DNA from: Candidatus Omnitrophota bacterium
GTDB lineage: Bacteria > Ratteibacteria > UBA8468 > MWAK01
NCBI GenBank assembly: GCA_043797665.1
Contig: JAZDPL010000056.1
Coordinates: 1 to 50,827 of the forward strand
Direction of reading: 5' to 3'
DNA length: 50,827 nt
Each line of letters starts with the position of its first letter. Positions within the stretch are counted from its first letter, which is position 1. This document shows positions 9,203 through 18,537 of this stretch, piece by piece. The notes beneath the pieces are model-generated. The model searched no databases and was not told the DNA's origin. It saw nothing but the letters and a program-made list of their open reading frames with translations. The translations under genes and the position numbers were made by a program.

Positions 9203-9796
9203 ATGATATTTGTAATTTCAGCACCTTCAGGTACGGGCAAAACCACTGTCCTCAAAATTCTTCGGGAAAAATACCGTCTTACCCGTCTGCTCACTTACAC
9301 TACCCGGCCGGTCCGGCAAGGCGAAAGAGACCGCAAAGACTATCTCTTTTGTACCGAAGAGAAATTCCGGAAATTAATTACTTCCAACGGTCTGGCGGAA
9401 TGGGCTGTGGTCTATGGCTACCATTACGGTACTCCCAGAAAAGTACTGGAAGAGACTTTAAAAAAAGGGAAATCCGCTATCCTTGCCCTGGACACCCAGG
9501 GCGCAGCCAGAATCAAGTCTGAATATCCGGAACTGGCGGTTCTCATCGCCCTTTTACCTCCCTCCTACCAGGAATTGGAGAGCCGCATCCGGCACCGGCA
9601 GAAAGAAACCGGTGAAGACGAATCAGCGATTGAACGGCGCCTGTCCGAAGTCCAGAAAGAGATGCAGATTCTCAGCCGGTACGACTACCAAATCATAAAT
9701 ACCCGACCGGAAGAGGCGGCCGATAGCCTCTACCAAATCATCCAAAAGTATTTAATCCAACCGGATGTCATTCTGAGTAAAACGAAGAATCTATAG
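9203..9796 (+). CDS. gmk: guanylate kinase
   Basis: SAPSGTGKTT, YTTRP.R.GE...DY.F and YYGTP-like motif. Confidence 0.94.
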   Translation: MIFVISAPSGTGKTTVLKILREKYRLTRLLTYTTRPVRQGERDRKDYLFCTEEKFRKLITSNGLAEWAVVYGYHYGTPRKVLEETLKKGKSAILALDTQGAARIKSEYPELAVLIALLPPSYQELESRIRHRQKETGEDESAIERRLSEVQKEMQILSRYDYQIINTRPEEAADSLYQIIQKYLIQPDVILSKTKNL

Positions 9797-9919
9797 ATCC
9801 TTCACATCCCTTACCGATCCCTTACAGATTCAACTGTAAGGGAACCCGTGCAACGACACATTACGTCGGATTGCCAGGTCCCTGCCTGTGGATTCCCGCT
9901 TAATGCATGCGGGAATGAC
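9767..9919. repeat. cluster of palindromic repeats between convergent gmk and xerC
   Basis: GTCATTCTGAGTAAAACGAAGAATCT (9767), a 30-nt hairpin at 9819-9848, and GGATTCCCGCTTAATGCATGCGGGAATGAC (9890-9919). Confidence 0.8.
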
Positions 9920-9925
9920 AAAGTG

Positions 9926-10840
9926 TTATTTGGCGCGGGGGAAAAAATTCCGGTAGGCTTCCTTGATCTTTCGCGTGGAAAGATGCGTATAAATCTGGGT
10001 AGTGGTAATATTCTGATGCCCTAAAATCTCCTGGATGGCGCGCAAATCCGCTCCCCTTTCCAACAGGTGGGTCGCAAACGAATGGCGCAAAGTATGGGGA
10101 GTAACTCTTTTGGCAAGGTGCCGGACGTTTCGGCTGTAATGTTCCACGATTCTCTCCACGCTCCGGCTGCTCAGCCTTCCACCCAGACGGTTGCAAAATA
10201 GATAGGGAACCTTTGCCCCCTGCCTACTACGTGCAGGGGCAGGCCCCTGCCGTTCCCCGGAAGACAGGTACTCGTTCAACGCGGAAAGCGCGGTCTTCCC
10301 CACCGGTACCAGCCTCTCTTTCCTGCCTTTTCCTCTTACCCTTACCGATCGGGCGATGAAGTCAACGTCGGGAAGGTTGAGACTGACTAATTCCGCGACG
10401 CGTAAACCGGTAGAATACAAAAACTCCAGGATTGCCCGGTCGCGAATCGGAGAGGCACCCTTGCCTTTTAAAACTTCGTCAAGGATAGCAAGAACCTCCT
10501 CAACTTCCAGAAAAGCCGGGAGGGTCCGCTCACTCTTGGGTGAACGCAGGCCGGCTGCCGGGTTGTGGGAAATCGTACCCTGACGACTCAGGAAACGGAA
10601 GAAAGTACGCAAGACCGCCACTTTTCTAATCAGGGTGGTGCGGCGCAGGTTCCGCTGAAAAATATCATTAAGATAGGCTCGCAAGGCAGCCAGGTCCACG
10701 TCCTGAAGGCGCTTACCATTCAAAAAGAGGAAAAAGTCTCTCAGGTCCTGCTGATAGGCGCGAATCGTATGTACCGAGGCATTCTTATCCGCCCCCAGAT
10801 ACTCCACAAACCCCAGGAGTTCTTGTTCGTAATTACTCAT
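9926..10840 (-). CDS. xerC: tyrosine recombinase XerC
   Basis: S.HT..AY..DL, RDRAILEFLYSTGLRVAEL, GKGRKER, TPHTLRHSFATHLL..GADLR.IQE.LGH and TTQIYTH. Start is 10840 or 10846. Confidence 0.88.
   Translation of the reverse strand: MSNYEQELLGFVEYLGADKNASVHTIRAYQQDLRDFFLFLNGKRLQDVDLAALRAYLNDIFQRNLRRTTLIRKVAVLRTFFRFLSRQGTISHNPAAGLRSPKSERTLPAFLEVEEVLAILDEVLKGKGASPIRDRAILEFLYSTGLRVAELVSLNLPDVDFIARSVRVRGKGRKERLVPVGKTALSALNEYLSSGERQGPAPARSRQGAKVPYLFCNRLGGRLSSRSVERIVEHYSRNVRHLAKRVTPHTLRHSFATHLLERGADLRAIQEILGHQNITTTQIYTHLSTRKIKEAYRNFFPRAK
10217..10243 (-). repeat. 27-nt mini-hairpin element inserted in frame in xerC
   Basis: Minus strand CCTGCCCCTGCACGTAGTAGGCAGGGG (PAPARSRQG). A same-length relative lies at 16671-16697. 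Confidence 0.7.
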
Positions 10841-10872
10841 ATGCAAACCTACAGGTTTGCCCTACATTTTCT

Positions 10873-10902
10873 GGATTCCCGCTTAAAGCATGCGGGAATG
10901 AC
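10873..10902. repeat. GTCATTCCCGC...GCGGGAATCC family palindrome
   Basis: GGATTCCCGCTTAAAGCATGCGGGAATGAC. Contains the glycosyltransferase stop codon. Confidence 0.85.
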
Positions 10903-12049
10903 AGAGGAGTAGGTAGATCTCTTCAATCCTGGCGGTCATCTTTTCCACCGTAAAATTCTCTCTGATGAACTTTTGACCGGTCTGCGCCATAATCCGGCTC
11001 TTTTCAGGATTCCGTAAGGAAGAAAGAATCGCGGAGGAAAGCGCCGGTGTGTCTTTGGGCGGAACCAGATATCCGGTGATGCCATCTATCACAACTTCTT
11101 TTGTCCCGTCAACGTCCGAAGCGACCACCGGAACACCCGATGCCAGAGCCTGCGCCACCGCTTTGGGCAATCCCTCCCGCAAGGAAACGTGCACTAAAAG
11201 GTCCAGGGCGGAAACCAGCCGGGGAATCTCTTCCGGCGGCAAAAGTCCGGCAAAGACAACCGCATCCCTTATTCCCAGACTCTCTGCCATCCTTTCTAAT
11301 TCCGGCCGGAGAATTCCGTCTCCGACCAGAAAAAGTTTGCTCTGCGGAAACTCCTTCCTTACCGCCTGAAAAGCAGGAAGAAGAAATTCATGCCCTTTTA
11401 AGTGGAAGAGACGGGCAATCTTGCCGATAACAATATCGTTCTCCTGAAAGCCGTACCTCCGGCGAACCTCTTTGCGATACTGTCTTGCCCGGACAAACTC
11501 TTCCACCGGAAAAGCGCTGTAAACGGTGGAATATTGTTCTTTCTTGCCGACTCCGGACGCCAAATTCTTAGTGGTCATTGCTTCCGCTACGGAAATATAG
11601 GCGTCCGTAAAAGGTGCCACCATCTTTTCCGCGGTAATATAGAAATTATTAAGCAACCGGTTCTGGTAAGGGTGGAAGGGTAAGCCGTGGACGGTATGAA
11701 CTACTTTAGGCCGGTGGGGAATGATACCTGCGGCCATCCTTCCCAGAATGCCTGCTTTAGTGCTATGGGTGTGGAGAATATCAGGTCTTTCCCGGAGAAG
11801 AATTCGGCGGATAGCCAACAAGGAAGGAAGGTCATAAAACGGGTTGATTTGACGCCGCAGGAAAGGAATGAGGAAAATTTTTAAACTATGAGCCCTGGCG
11901 TCTTCTAAGAGGCTTCCCTCCGGACCTAAGGCTGGACCGGTCAGGAGGACAACATCGTGACCCCGGCTGGCTAACTGGTAGCAGGTAAAGAGTGTGTTTT
12001 CCTGAGCACCACCAATAATCAGGCGGGTAATTAAATGGTAGACTTTCAA
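10883..12049 (-). CDS. glycosyltransferase family 4 (GT-B)
   Basis: ITRLIIGGAQ, HTHSTKAG, HTVHG, KGHE and EGLP...QALASG.PVV.SDV.G. TTG start. Confidence 0.9.
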   Translation of the reverse strand: MKVYHLITRLIIGGAQENTLFTCYQLASRGHDVVLLTGPALGPEGSLLEDARAHSLKIFLIPFLRRQINPFYDLPSLLAIRRILLRERPDILHTHSTKAGILGRMAAGIIPHRPKVVHTVHGLPFHPYQNRLLNNFYITAEKMVAPFTDAYISVAEAMTTKNLASGVGKKEQYSTVYSAFPVEEFVRARQYRKEVRRRYGFQENDIVIGKIARLFHLKGHEFLLPAFQAVRKEFPQSKLFLVGDGILRPELERMAESLGIRDAVVFAGLLPPEEIPRLVSALDLLVHVSLREGLPKAVAQALASGVPVVASDVDGTKEVVIDGITGYLVPPKDTPALSSAILSSLRNPEKSRIMAQTGQKFIRENFTVEKMTARIEEIYLLLCHSRML

Positions 12050-12119
12050 AGGCTTCTGGATTCCTGCTTACAATCCGCAGGAATACGGGTTCCCTTTCCC
12101 TCGGATGGGAAAGGGCAAC

Positions 12120-12794
12120 TTAAGGTTCTTTCTCGTCTTCTTTTTTCTTGCTACTTTTTTTGGAAGTAACTTTTGGGGGAACGGATTTTTCCAACCTGGC
12201 AATCCGTTCGCGCAAGGCTTGATTTTCCCTGGTTATCTCTTCCAGAATGACCGAGATCTTCTGGGTCATCTCCTGGGTGCATCCGGCCAGACCGGTATCA
12301 AAAGAAGCGACCCGGTCGGAAAGGAGTAACTGGTTTTCCTCCACCTTGTCGCACCGGACAGTGGTGTTCTTTATTTCACCGGTGAGTTCAGCCTGGGTCT
12401 TTTTTAAGGATTCCACTTCATTCTGCAAGGAATCAATTCTGGTTATGACGCCTTTCTGAAAATCGAGTAATTCCTGATTGGTGGAGAGCCTAAATTTCTC
12501 TGCCCTTTCGGTCTCCTGTTTAATCTGTTCGGTCAGAGTATTTAAAGAACCCTCCAATGATGCGGTCCGCTCCCGCAAAAAGAGAATGTCCTCACTCAAC
12601 CCGGCCAATTTTTTATTCCATTCATCCTCAAAAATACGCTGTCCTTTTTCGGTTTCTTTTTCTAACACTACCGCCTTGGTTTCCTGTTTAATCACACGGT
12701 CATGAAGTCCCTTGACGTCGGTCTGGCTGGCACAACCGGAAAGCAAAAAGATTCCCGCGCTTAAGCTAACTACAAACGTACTCCGGATATTCAT
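12120..12794 (-). CDS. coiled-coil lipoprotein downstream of pal (CpoB/YbgF-like N-terminal half, no TPR)
   Basis: Lipobox LSGC and a long heptad-rich region, positioned after pal. Start reassigned to the ATG at 12794. Confidence 0.6.
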   Translation of the reverse strand: MNIRSTFVVSLSAGIFLLSGCASQTDVKGLHDRVIKQETKAVVLEKETEKGQRIFEDEWNKKLAGLSEDILFLRERTASLEGSLNTLTEQIKQETERAEKFRLSTNQELLDFQKGVITRIDSLQNEVESLKKTQAELTGEIKNTTVRCDKVEENQLLLSDRVASFDTGLAGCTQEMTQKISVILEEITRENQALRERIARLEKSVPPKVTSKKSSKKKEDEKEP

Positions 12795-12820
12795 AGTCCA
12801 GTCCAACAAATCCCCCAAAT

Positions 12821-12870
12821 GTAGGGGTCGGATTTATCCGACCCGCGGGCTTGATGAATCAAGCCCCTAC
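12821..12870. repeat. GTAG-type REP doublet
   Basis: GTAGGGGTCGGATTTATCCGACCCGCGGGCTTGATGAATCAAGCCCCTAC, a near-exact reverse complement of 6838-6887. Confidence 0.9.
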
Positions 12871-13463
12871 TCTACAATCTTAAATTCACACCGGCGGTTT
12901 GCCTGATAGGCTGCCTCGTTATGCCCTAAGTCCTCCGGACGCTCCTCACCGAAACTGACCGTGTTCAGACGGCCGGCCGAGATTCCCAGCGAAACCAGAT
13001 AACGCCTGGTAGAAAGAGCCCGGCGTTCACCCAGTGCCAGGTTATACTCTTCGGTCCCCCACTCATCACAGTTCCCTTCAATCACAATCCTCACTTCCGG
13101 ATGTGCTTTCAAGTAGACTGCGACTTTTTCCAAAGCGGGCCGGGCATCCGTTCTGATGTCGCTCTTATCAAAATCAAAGTGAATAGCGACAAATGCTTCC
13201 TTCTCTTCGGCGGAAAGAGGCAGCCGTACCCGCTCTTCTCCGGTTCCCTTCGCCAACGGAACGTCTTCACCTTTTAACGCCAACATCTGTTCTTCTTTCG
13301 TCGCCAGACCCGCGCCCGAATCTCCTAACCCTTCGGTGGACTTGGCTGTTCTCTCAGCCTTTCCCTTGCCGGCAACCGGTTTTGAAGGCGCTATCTGCCT
13401 GGCACAACCGGCCACCAGAAACAATATTCCCAACAAACCCACGCCTAAAATAATCTTTTTCAT
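12867..13463 (-). CDS. pal: peptidoglycan-associated lipoprotein (OmpA-like domain)
   Basis: Lipobox VAGC, IHFDFDKS, IEGNCDEWGTEEYNLALGERRA, SFGEE and NRR. Confidence 0.92.
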   Translation of the reverse strand: MKKIILGVGLLGILFLVAGCARQIAPSKPVAGKGKAERTAKSTEGLGDSGAGLATKEEQMLALKGEDVPLAKGTGEERVRLPLSAEEKEAFVAIHFDFDKSDIRTDARPALEKVAVYLKAHPEVRIVIEGNCDEWGTEEYNLALGERRALSTRRYLVSLGISAGRLNTVSFGEERPEDLGHNEAAYQANRRCEFKIVE

Positions 13464-13480
13464 CTTCACCCCTCAATTTT

Positions 13481-13504
13481 GGGTGCGATAAATCGCACCG
13501 CTAC
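13481..13504. repeat. GTAGCGGTGCG-type REP
   Basis: GGGTGCGATAAATCGCACCGCTAC, reverse complement of the copy at 21416-21438. Confidence 0.8.
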
Positions 13505-13507
13505 AAT

Positions 13508-14722
13508 TCAACGCCAGTCCGGCGTTGCGTATCCTCCGTCTTGAGTTATAATATACTCTTCCCGGGAAAAAATGTCAAGAACCTTCAGGTTACTCTGATG
13601 GTTAGAGATATGCACAAATACAATATGCCGGCTGTCCGGACCGAAAGACGGGTCTTCTTTATTACCAGAACCTCCGGTCAGAACCACATCCTGGCCGGTC
13701 TCCAGGACCACTAATCTGATTTCGTTCCGACCACCCATCCGGCTGGTGTAAGCCATAAACCGGCTGTCCGGAGAAATAGCGGGTGAAGTGTTATAAGAAC
13801 CCTCAAAGGTGAGCCGTTTTTCCGATAGGGTGTTCAGGTACAAGCGATAAATCTGAGGACCGCCCGCACGGTCAGAAACAAAAAGCAGACTCTTTCCGTC
13901 CGGGAAAAAAACCGGTGAAGTATCGGCGGAAGGATGCCGGGTAAGGCGGTTCAGTTTGCCGGTTCTCAACTCCAGCAGGTAAATTTCCGGGTTTCCGTCT
14001 TTACTTAAAGAGAGAGCAACGTATCTTCCCTCCGGGCTGAAAGTGGCGGAACTGTTCAGACCCGGGTAAGCGGCGAGCACCTGGCGCTTACCGCCGGCTA
14101 TCTCCTGACGAAATACTCTGGGCCAGTAATGGACAAAGGAAGTATAGATAACCGAGCGCCGGTCCGGAGAAAAACGCGGATAGAGATTGATTGACTTATC
14201 CTGGGTCAGAGGGTGAGAATTAACACCGTCATAATCCATAAGAATAATCTCCCGGTCATTACCTCTCTTCTGAGAGGCAGCCATCCGGGTAAGGGTAATC
14301 GCAGGATAACCGGTCAGGCGTTCAATAATTTCTTTGGCTGCCGTATGCGCCAAAATCCTTTCGTTGAACGGCTGGCTGACAAAGACCTGGTGAAAGGCAG
14401 GAACAGAATCGTTTTGAGAAGAAAAAAGTTTGGCATCCACACCGTCGGTCACTGGCTCCACAGTTAATAAGACCTGCCCCGGAGCTTCCCCGGCATCTGC
14501 GACGCGCCGGGGTTCAAAATAACTGCTTCGCTCCAAATCCCGGGTTAAAACCGCGCTGAATTCCGGTAATTTTTCCGGCAGAATCAGGTAAATGGGAATC
14601 CTGGGTATAGCCTGCCGGGTAATCTCCAGGGTTACCTGCCCGGTTACCGAACAAGGTAATATCAATACCAGTAGACAGCATACAGCATACAGAACACGAA
14701 ACCTTTTTAGTCGAGCAGACAT
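13508..14722 (-). CDS. tolB: Tol-Pal system beta-propeller protein
   Basis: Signal peptide, MDYDG, repeated P.(F/W)SPDG blades and LSKDGNPEIY. Directly upstream of pal. Start is the ATG at 14722. Confidence 0.9.
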   Translation of the reverse strand: MSARLKRFRVLYAVCCLLVLILPCSVTGQVTLEITRQAIPRIPIYLILPEKLPEFSAVLTRDLERSSYFEPRRVADAGEAPGQVLLTVEPVTDGVDAKLFSSQNDSVPAFHQVFVSQPFNERILAHTAAKEIIERLTGYPAITLTRMAASQKRGNDREIILMDYDGVNSHPLTQDKSINLYPRFSPDRRSVIYTSFVHYWPRVFRQEIAGGKRQVLAAYPGLNSSATFSPEGRYVALSLSKDGNPEIYLLELRTGKLNRLTRHPSADTSPVFFPDGKSLLFVSDRAGGPQIYRLYLNTLSEKRLTFEGSYNTSPAISPDSRFMAYTSRMGGRNEIRLVVLETGQDVVLTGGSGNKEDPSFGPDSRHIVFVHISNHQSNLKVLDIFSREEYIITQDGGYATPDWR

Positions 14723-14723
14723 C

Positions 14724-16532
14724 TCAACCTTCCAATCCCCCTTTTTCCCCCTTTGCAAAAGGGGGATTGGAGGGGGATTTCAAATTTAGTCCGAGTTCGC
14801 TTAACTGCCGGGAGGAAACAGGAGCCGGTGCACCCGTCAAAAGACAGGTTCCCTTCTGGGTCTTGGGAAATGCAATCACTTCGCGAATGGAATTTAACGA
14901 GAGAAACGCGGTCAGGAGACGGTCAAAACCTAACGCCAAACCACCGTGCGGCGGTGCGCCGCAGGCTAACGCATTCAGAAGAAAACCGAACTGTTCCTGG
15001 AATACAGGGTCCGGAATTCCCAGAATGTTAAATATCTTTTTCTGCAGATCCGGCTGATGAATCCGGATACTCCCGCCGCCGATTTCACTCCCGTTAAGAA
15101 CCAAATCGTAAGCCAGACTGCGAACCTTTATGGGCTCGGTGTCCAACAAAGGTATGTCTTCCGGTTGGGGAGCGGTAAACGGGTGGTGAACCGAAACCAA
15201 ACGTTTCTCTTCCTCGCTGTATTCAAAAAGAGGGAATTCGGTTACCCATAAAAAAGAAAATTTTCCTTCCGGGATAAGGTGTAGTTCCTCCGCCAATTGA
15301 AGCCGAATCTGACCTAACACAACGCTTGCCTTGTCCGGGTCATCGGCAACCAGAAAGATGACCCCTTTTTTCAGACTTAGCCTGCGGGCTAAATCTTTGA
15401 GTGTCTCTTCCCCCAAAAACTTCGCGACCGGCGAAAGATACTGCTCTTCCCCCGCAGACTTAATCCAGACCAGACCTTTTGCACCCAGTTCTTTTGCCTT
15501 CGTTTCATAAAGCTTCATCTGGGTATTGGAAATGTCAACCTCAGGGACTGCCATCGCTTTTATCTGTCCGCCGGTAGAGAGAACCTTCCGGAAAACTTCA
15601 AAAGAAGACCGGCTGAAAATCTCGGAGACGTTACGAATCTGAAGGTCAAACCTTAAATCGGGCTTATCGGAACCATAACCGGCGACCGCCTCTTGATATG
15701 AGAGTATCGGAAATGGTTTTTCCGGAAGGGTCTTTTCCAGAACCACCTGGAACAAGCTGCTCACCAATCCTTCCACCAGCGACTGAATGTCGTTTGGCTC
15801 TACAAAGGAAGCCTCTAAGTCAATCTGGGTATGTTCCGGCTGGCGGTCAGAGCGGAGGTCCTCGTCGCGGAGACAACGTGCCAACTGAAAATACCGGTCA
15901 AAACCCGCTACCATCAAAATCTGTTTTGAAAGCTGGGGACTCTGGGGCAGCGCATAAAACTTTCCCGGCTCCAGACGGCTGGGAACCAGGAAATCCCGCG
16001 CCCCTTCGGGTGTACTCCGGGTAAGAAGGGGTGTCTCAATCTCCACAAAACCCTGTTCGTTCAAAAATTGCCTCACCGCCACGGCCGCCTTATGGCGTAA
16101 GATTATGTTTCTCTGCATCGCCGGCCGGCGTAAATCCAGGTAACGATAGGAAAGACGTACGGTTTCGGAAACCTGGGCGTCATCAACGATTTCAAAAGGA
16201 AGTGAAACACAGCGGTTAAGGACCGTACACCTTTCGGCAAAAATCTCGATCTCACCGGTCACAATCTTTTGATTTTCAGTACCCGCAGGACGCCGGCTGA
16301 CTTTACCGGTAATTTGAATCACGTCCTCATTATGCAACGACGCAGCATCTTCAAAGAGAGTCTGAGAAACAAGTCCGGGATTAAAAACGACCTGGATTAT
16401 GCCATAACGGTCGCGCAGGTCAATAAAGATAATACCTCCGTGGTCACGCCGGGCCGAAACCCAGCCAGCCAGAACCACTTCCCGGTCCAGGTCATTTATC
16501 GTCAACTCACCGCAGGTTACACTCCGTAACAC
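14724..16532 (-). CDS. aspS: aspartate--tRNA ligase (likely non-discriminating Asp/Asn)
   Basis: RRDHGG..FIDLRD, YRYLDLRR, TPEGARDF, YALPQSPQ, RDEDLR.DRQPE and PPHGGLA.G.DR. The His in RRDHGG is typical of non-discriminating enzymes. Confidence 0.96.
   Translation of the reverse strand: MLRSVTCGELTINDLDREVVLAGWVSARRDHGGIIFIDLRDRYGIIQVVFNPGLVSQTLFEDAASLHNEDVIQITGKVSRRPAGTENQKIVTGEIEIFAERCTVLNRCVSLPFEIVDDAQVSETVRLSYRYLDLRRPAMQRNIILRHKAAVAVRQFLNEQGFVEIETPLLTRSTPEGARDFLVPSRLEPGKFYALPQSPQLSKQILMVAGFDRYFQLARCLRDEDLRSDRQPEHTQIDLEASFVEPNDIQSLVEGLVSSLFQVVLEKTLPEKPFPILSYQEAVAGYGSDKPDLRFDLQIRNVSEIFSRSSFEVFRKVLSTGGQIKAMAVPEVDISNTQMKLYETKAKELGAKGLVWIKSAGEEQYLSPVAKFLGEETLKDLARRLSLKKGVIFLVADDPDKASVVLGQIRLQLAEELHLIPEGKFSFLWVTEFPLFEYSEEEKRLVSVHHPFTAPQPEDIPLLDTEPIKVRSLAYDLVLNGSEIGGGSIRIHQPDLQKKIFNILGIPDPVFQEQFGFLLNALACGAPPHGGLALGFDRLLTAFLSLNSIREVIAFPKTQKGTCLLTGAPAPVSSRQLSELGLNLKSPSNPPFAKGEKGGLEG
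14734..14780. repeat. CCCCC...TTTGCAAAAGG...GGGGG palindromic element forming the aspS C-terminus
   Basis: AATCCCCCTTTTTCCCCCTTTGCAAAAGGGGGATTGGAGGGGGATTT. A relative lies at 19652-19698. Confidence 0.75.
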
Positions 16533-16599
16533 CTTCTCCTCCGCCTATTCACCCTGTACAAATACAAATGTAAAAAGTACACTCACAAATGAGTGGATT

Positions 16600-16709
16600 G
16601 TCATTCCTGTGGATAGTAAACAGGAATCCAGTGTAGGGGCTTGATTTATCAAGCCCGCGGGTCGGATAAACCTGTCCCTGTGTGTAGTAAACAGGGATCC
16701 GACCCCTAC
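16600..16709. repeat. GTCATTCC palindrome followed by a GTAG REP doublet carrying a 27-nt insertion
   Basis: GTCATTCCTGTGGATAGTAAACAGGAATCC (16600-16629). The REP at 16633-16709 is identical to 6838-6887 except for the insert at 16671-16697. Confidence 0.88.
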
Positions 16710-16719
16710 GTCAAAAGAT

Positions 16720-17967
16720 TTAATGCGTTGGTACTAAAATGCGCACTCTTTCAATAAGCTTTTCTTCTTCAATCGTTTCCTGAGTCCCGGAGGTCAAATC
16801 CCGCAAAATCACCTTCTTCTTTTCTATTTCTTCCGGTCCGATAATCAGAGCGTATTGACATCCGTCCCGGTCCGCGGAACGCAACTGAGCCTTTAGACTC
16901 TTACCTTCAGAAGAGATGGTAATGGAAAAAGGACACTCTTTACGCAGACTGGCTAAGAGGCTTAAACTTTTCTCTAAAGAATCATTATCCAGGTAAACCA
17001 GGCGAACCATTAACTTCCCGGACTCTACTGCCGGTGTAAGGGATAATAACCGTTCTATTCCAATCGCAAAACCCAAAGCGGGTGTCGGCGGTCCACCCAA
17101 ATCCGCAACTAAGTTGTCATAACGACCGCCAGCCGCAATAGCCTGGCTATCTTTCGCGGACAAAACCTCCCAGACCGTTCGGGTATAATAGTCCAGACCC
17201 CGCACCAATCGCGGGTTTACCCGGTAAGACACTCCTAAAATCCGGCTGTAATTTAAAACCTCTTCAAAATGCCGGCGGCACCCGGAACAGAGGGAAGCGT
17301 CAATGGCCGGCGCTTCTTTTAAAACCTCCCGGCAGGACGGTACCTTACAGTCGAATGTCCGCAGAGGGTTCTTCCGGAGGCGCTGCTGACAATCCGGACA
17401 AAGACCCCCCTCCCGCTCTTTCAGGAATTCAGCCATAATTTTTCCAAAACTTTTCTGGCAGTCCTGACAACCCAGGGAATTTATCTCTACGACGAAAGAG
17501 CCGATTCCCGCCGAAGTTAAGATTCCGGTCAGGGTGGAAATTATTTCGGCGTCAATATAAGGTTCAGCAGAACCGAAAGATTCCACCCCCAACTGAAGGA
17601 ACTGCCGGTACCGACCGCTCTGGGGCCGGCAGTACCGGAACATCGGTCCAAAATAGTAGAACCGTACTGACGGGTTAGCATAAGGAAAATTGTGTTCTAA
17701 ATAAGCCCGGACAACAGGGACTGTACCTTCCGGACGTAACGCCAACATTCTGCCCTTGCGGTCAGAAAAGAGGTACATCTCTTTGGAAACAATTTCGCTC
17801 TCTTCCCCAACACTGCGGTTGAAGAGAACCGCCTCTTCCAGGATTGGCGTCGCTATCTCGCGAAACCCGGCTCTTTCCAGTATGGCGATGGCGCGACCGA
17901 GAAATCCTTGCAACCTTTCTGCCTCTGCCGGCAAAAGGTCATAGGTACCGCGCACCAGTTTATACAT
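16720..17967 (-). CDS. hisS: histidine--tRNA ligase
   Basis: VRGTYD, KEMY.F, ALRPEGT, MFRY.RPQ.GRYRQF.Q, LVRGLDYY, AGGRYD and GFAIG.ER. Confidence 0.96.
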   Translation of the reverse strand: MYKLVRGTYDLLPAEAERLQGFLGRAIAILERAGFREIATPILEEAVLFNRSVGEESEIVSKEMYLFSDRKGRMLALRPEGTVPVVRAYLEHNFPYANPSVRFYYFGPMFRYCRPQSGRYRQFLQLGVESFGSAEPYIDAEIISTLTGILTSAGIGSFVVEINSLGCQDCQKSFGKIMAEFLKEREGGLCPDCQQRLRKNPLRTFDCKVPSCREVLKEAPAIDASLCSGCRRHFEEVLNYSRILGVSYRVNPRLVRGLDYYTRTVWEVLSAKDSQAIAAGGRYDNLVADLGGPPTPALGFAIGIERLLSLTPAVESGKLMVRLVYLDNDSLEKSLSLLASLRKECPFSITISSEGKSLKAQLRSADRDGCQYALIIGPEEIEKKKVILRDLTSGTQETIEEEKLIERVRILVPTH

Positions 17968-17984
17968 ATAAAATGACGACCTTT

Positions 17985-18080
17985 GTCGTTCTGAGCGAGA
18001 GCGAAGGCTCTAAAAGATAGATCCTTCGTTTCACTCAGGACGACATACTACGTCGGATTCTTCGTTGCACTCAGAATGAC
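17985..18080. repeat. GTC(A/G)TTCTGAG family palindromic repeat cluster
   Basis: GTCGTTCTGAGCGAGAGCGAAGG...AGATCCTTCGTTTCACTCAGGACGAC...GGATTCTTCGTTGCACTCAGAATGAC. Confidence 0.8.
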
Positions 18081-18087
18081 ACTTATG

Positions 18088-18489
18088 TCATTGACGACTT
18101 TCCAAATCTTTAATCCAGGCGGTAATCTCGTCAAAAACCTGCCGGGTCGTCTCCTGCAGGGAAAGAGTATTCAACGCGGCAAAACTCCGGCCCAGAACTT
18201 CTGTCAGGAGCCGTTCACATTCCGAACAGGCTTTTAAAGCCTCCCGACAGAGACGAATATTCTTCCCTAAAAACTCTTCGCTGTATCCCAGGCAATGTCC
18301 GCCGGCAATCTTGGGAGCAATCAGGCTGGCGCTGCGGTGAAGAAGGTCAACCTCCGGTCCGCCCTGTTTTGCTTCATAAATCTTCCGGGTGAACTCATTT
18401 ACCATCTTACCCAATTCCAGTGCCCGTTGGTAAACCGGAATCTGCTGGGCGCTCCGAAAATCTTCCTTTTCACTGGAAATGACCATCAT
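18088..18489 (-). CDS. four-helix-bundle protein (23S rRNA IVP-like superfamily)
   Basis: 133 aa. F....PVYQRALEL and L.RSA..I...IAGG resemble the family's L.VYQ.A..L / RA..SI..NIAEG pattern. Start is 18486 or 18489. Confidence 0.6.
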   Translation of the reverse strand: MMVISSEKEDFRSAQQIPVYQRALELGKMVNEFTRKIYEAKQGGPEVDLLHRSASLIAPKIAGGHCLGYSEEFLGKNIRLCREALKACSECERLLTEVLGRSFAALNTLSLQETTRQVFDEITAWIKDLESRQ

Positions 18490-18537
18490 TTATAGTATAC
18501 CAAATCATCTTATGAAGATACAAATCTGACACGAAGT

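Noticed and set aside
9926..10846. Tyrosine recombinase as the island integrase
   Set aside because: It has housekeeping XerC motifs and size, sits among core genes, and is 21 kb from the island.
18088..18489. Avd of a diversity-generating retroelement
   Set aside because: No reverse transcriptase or template/variable repeat pair is visible in the window.
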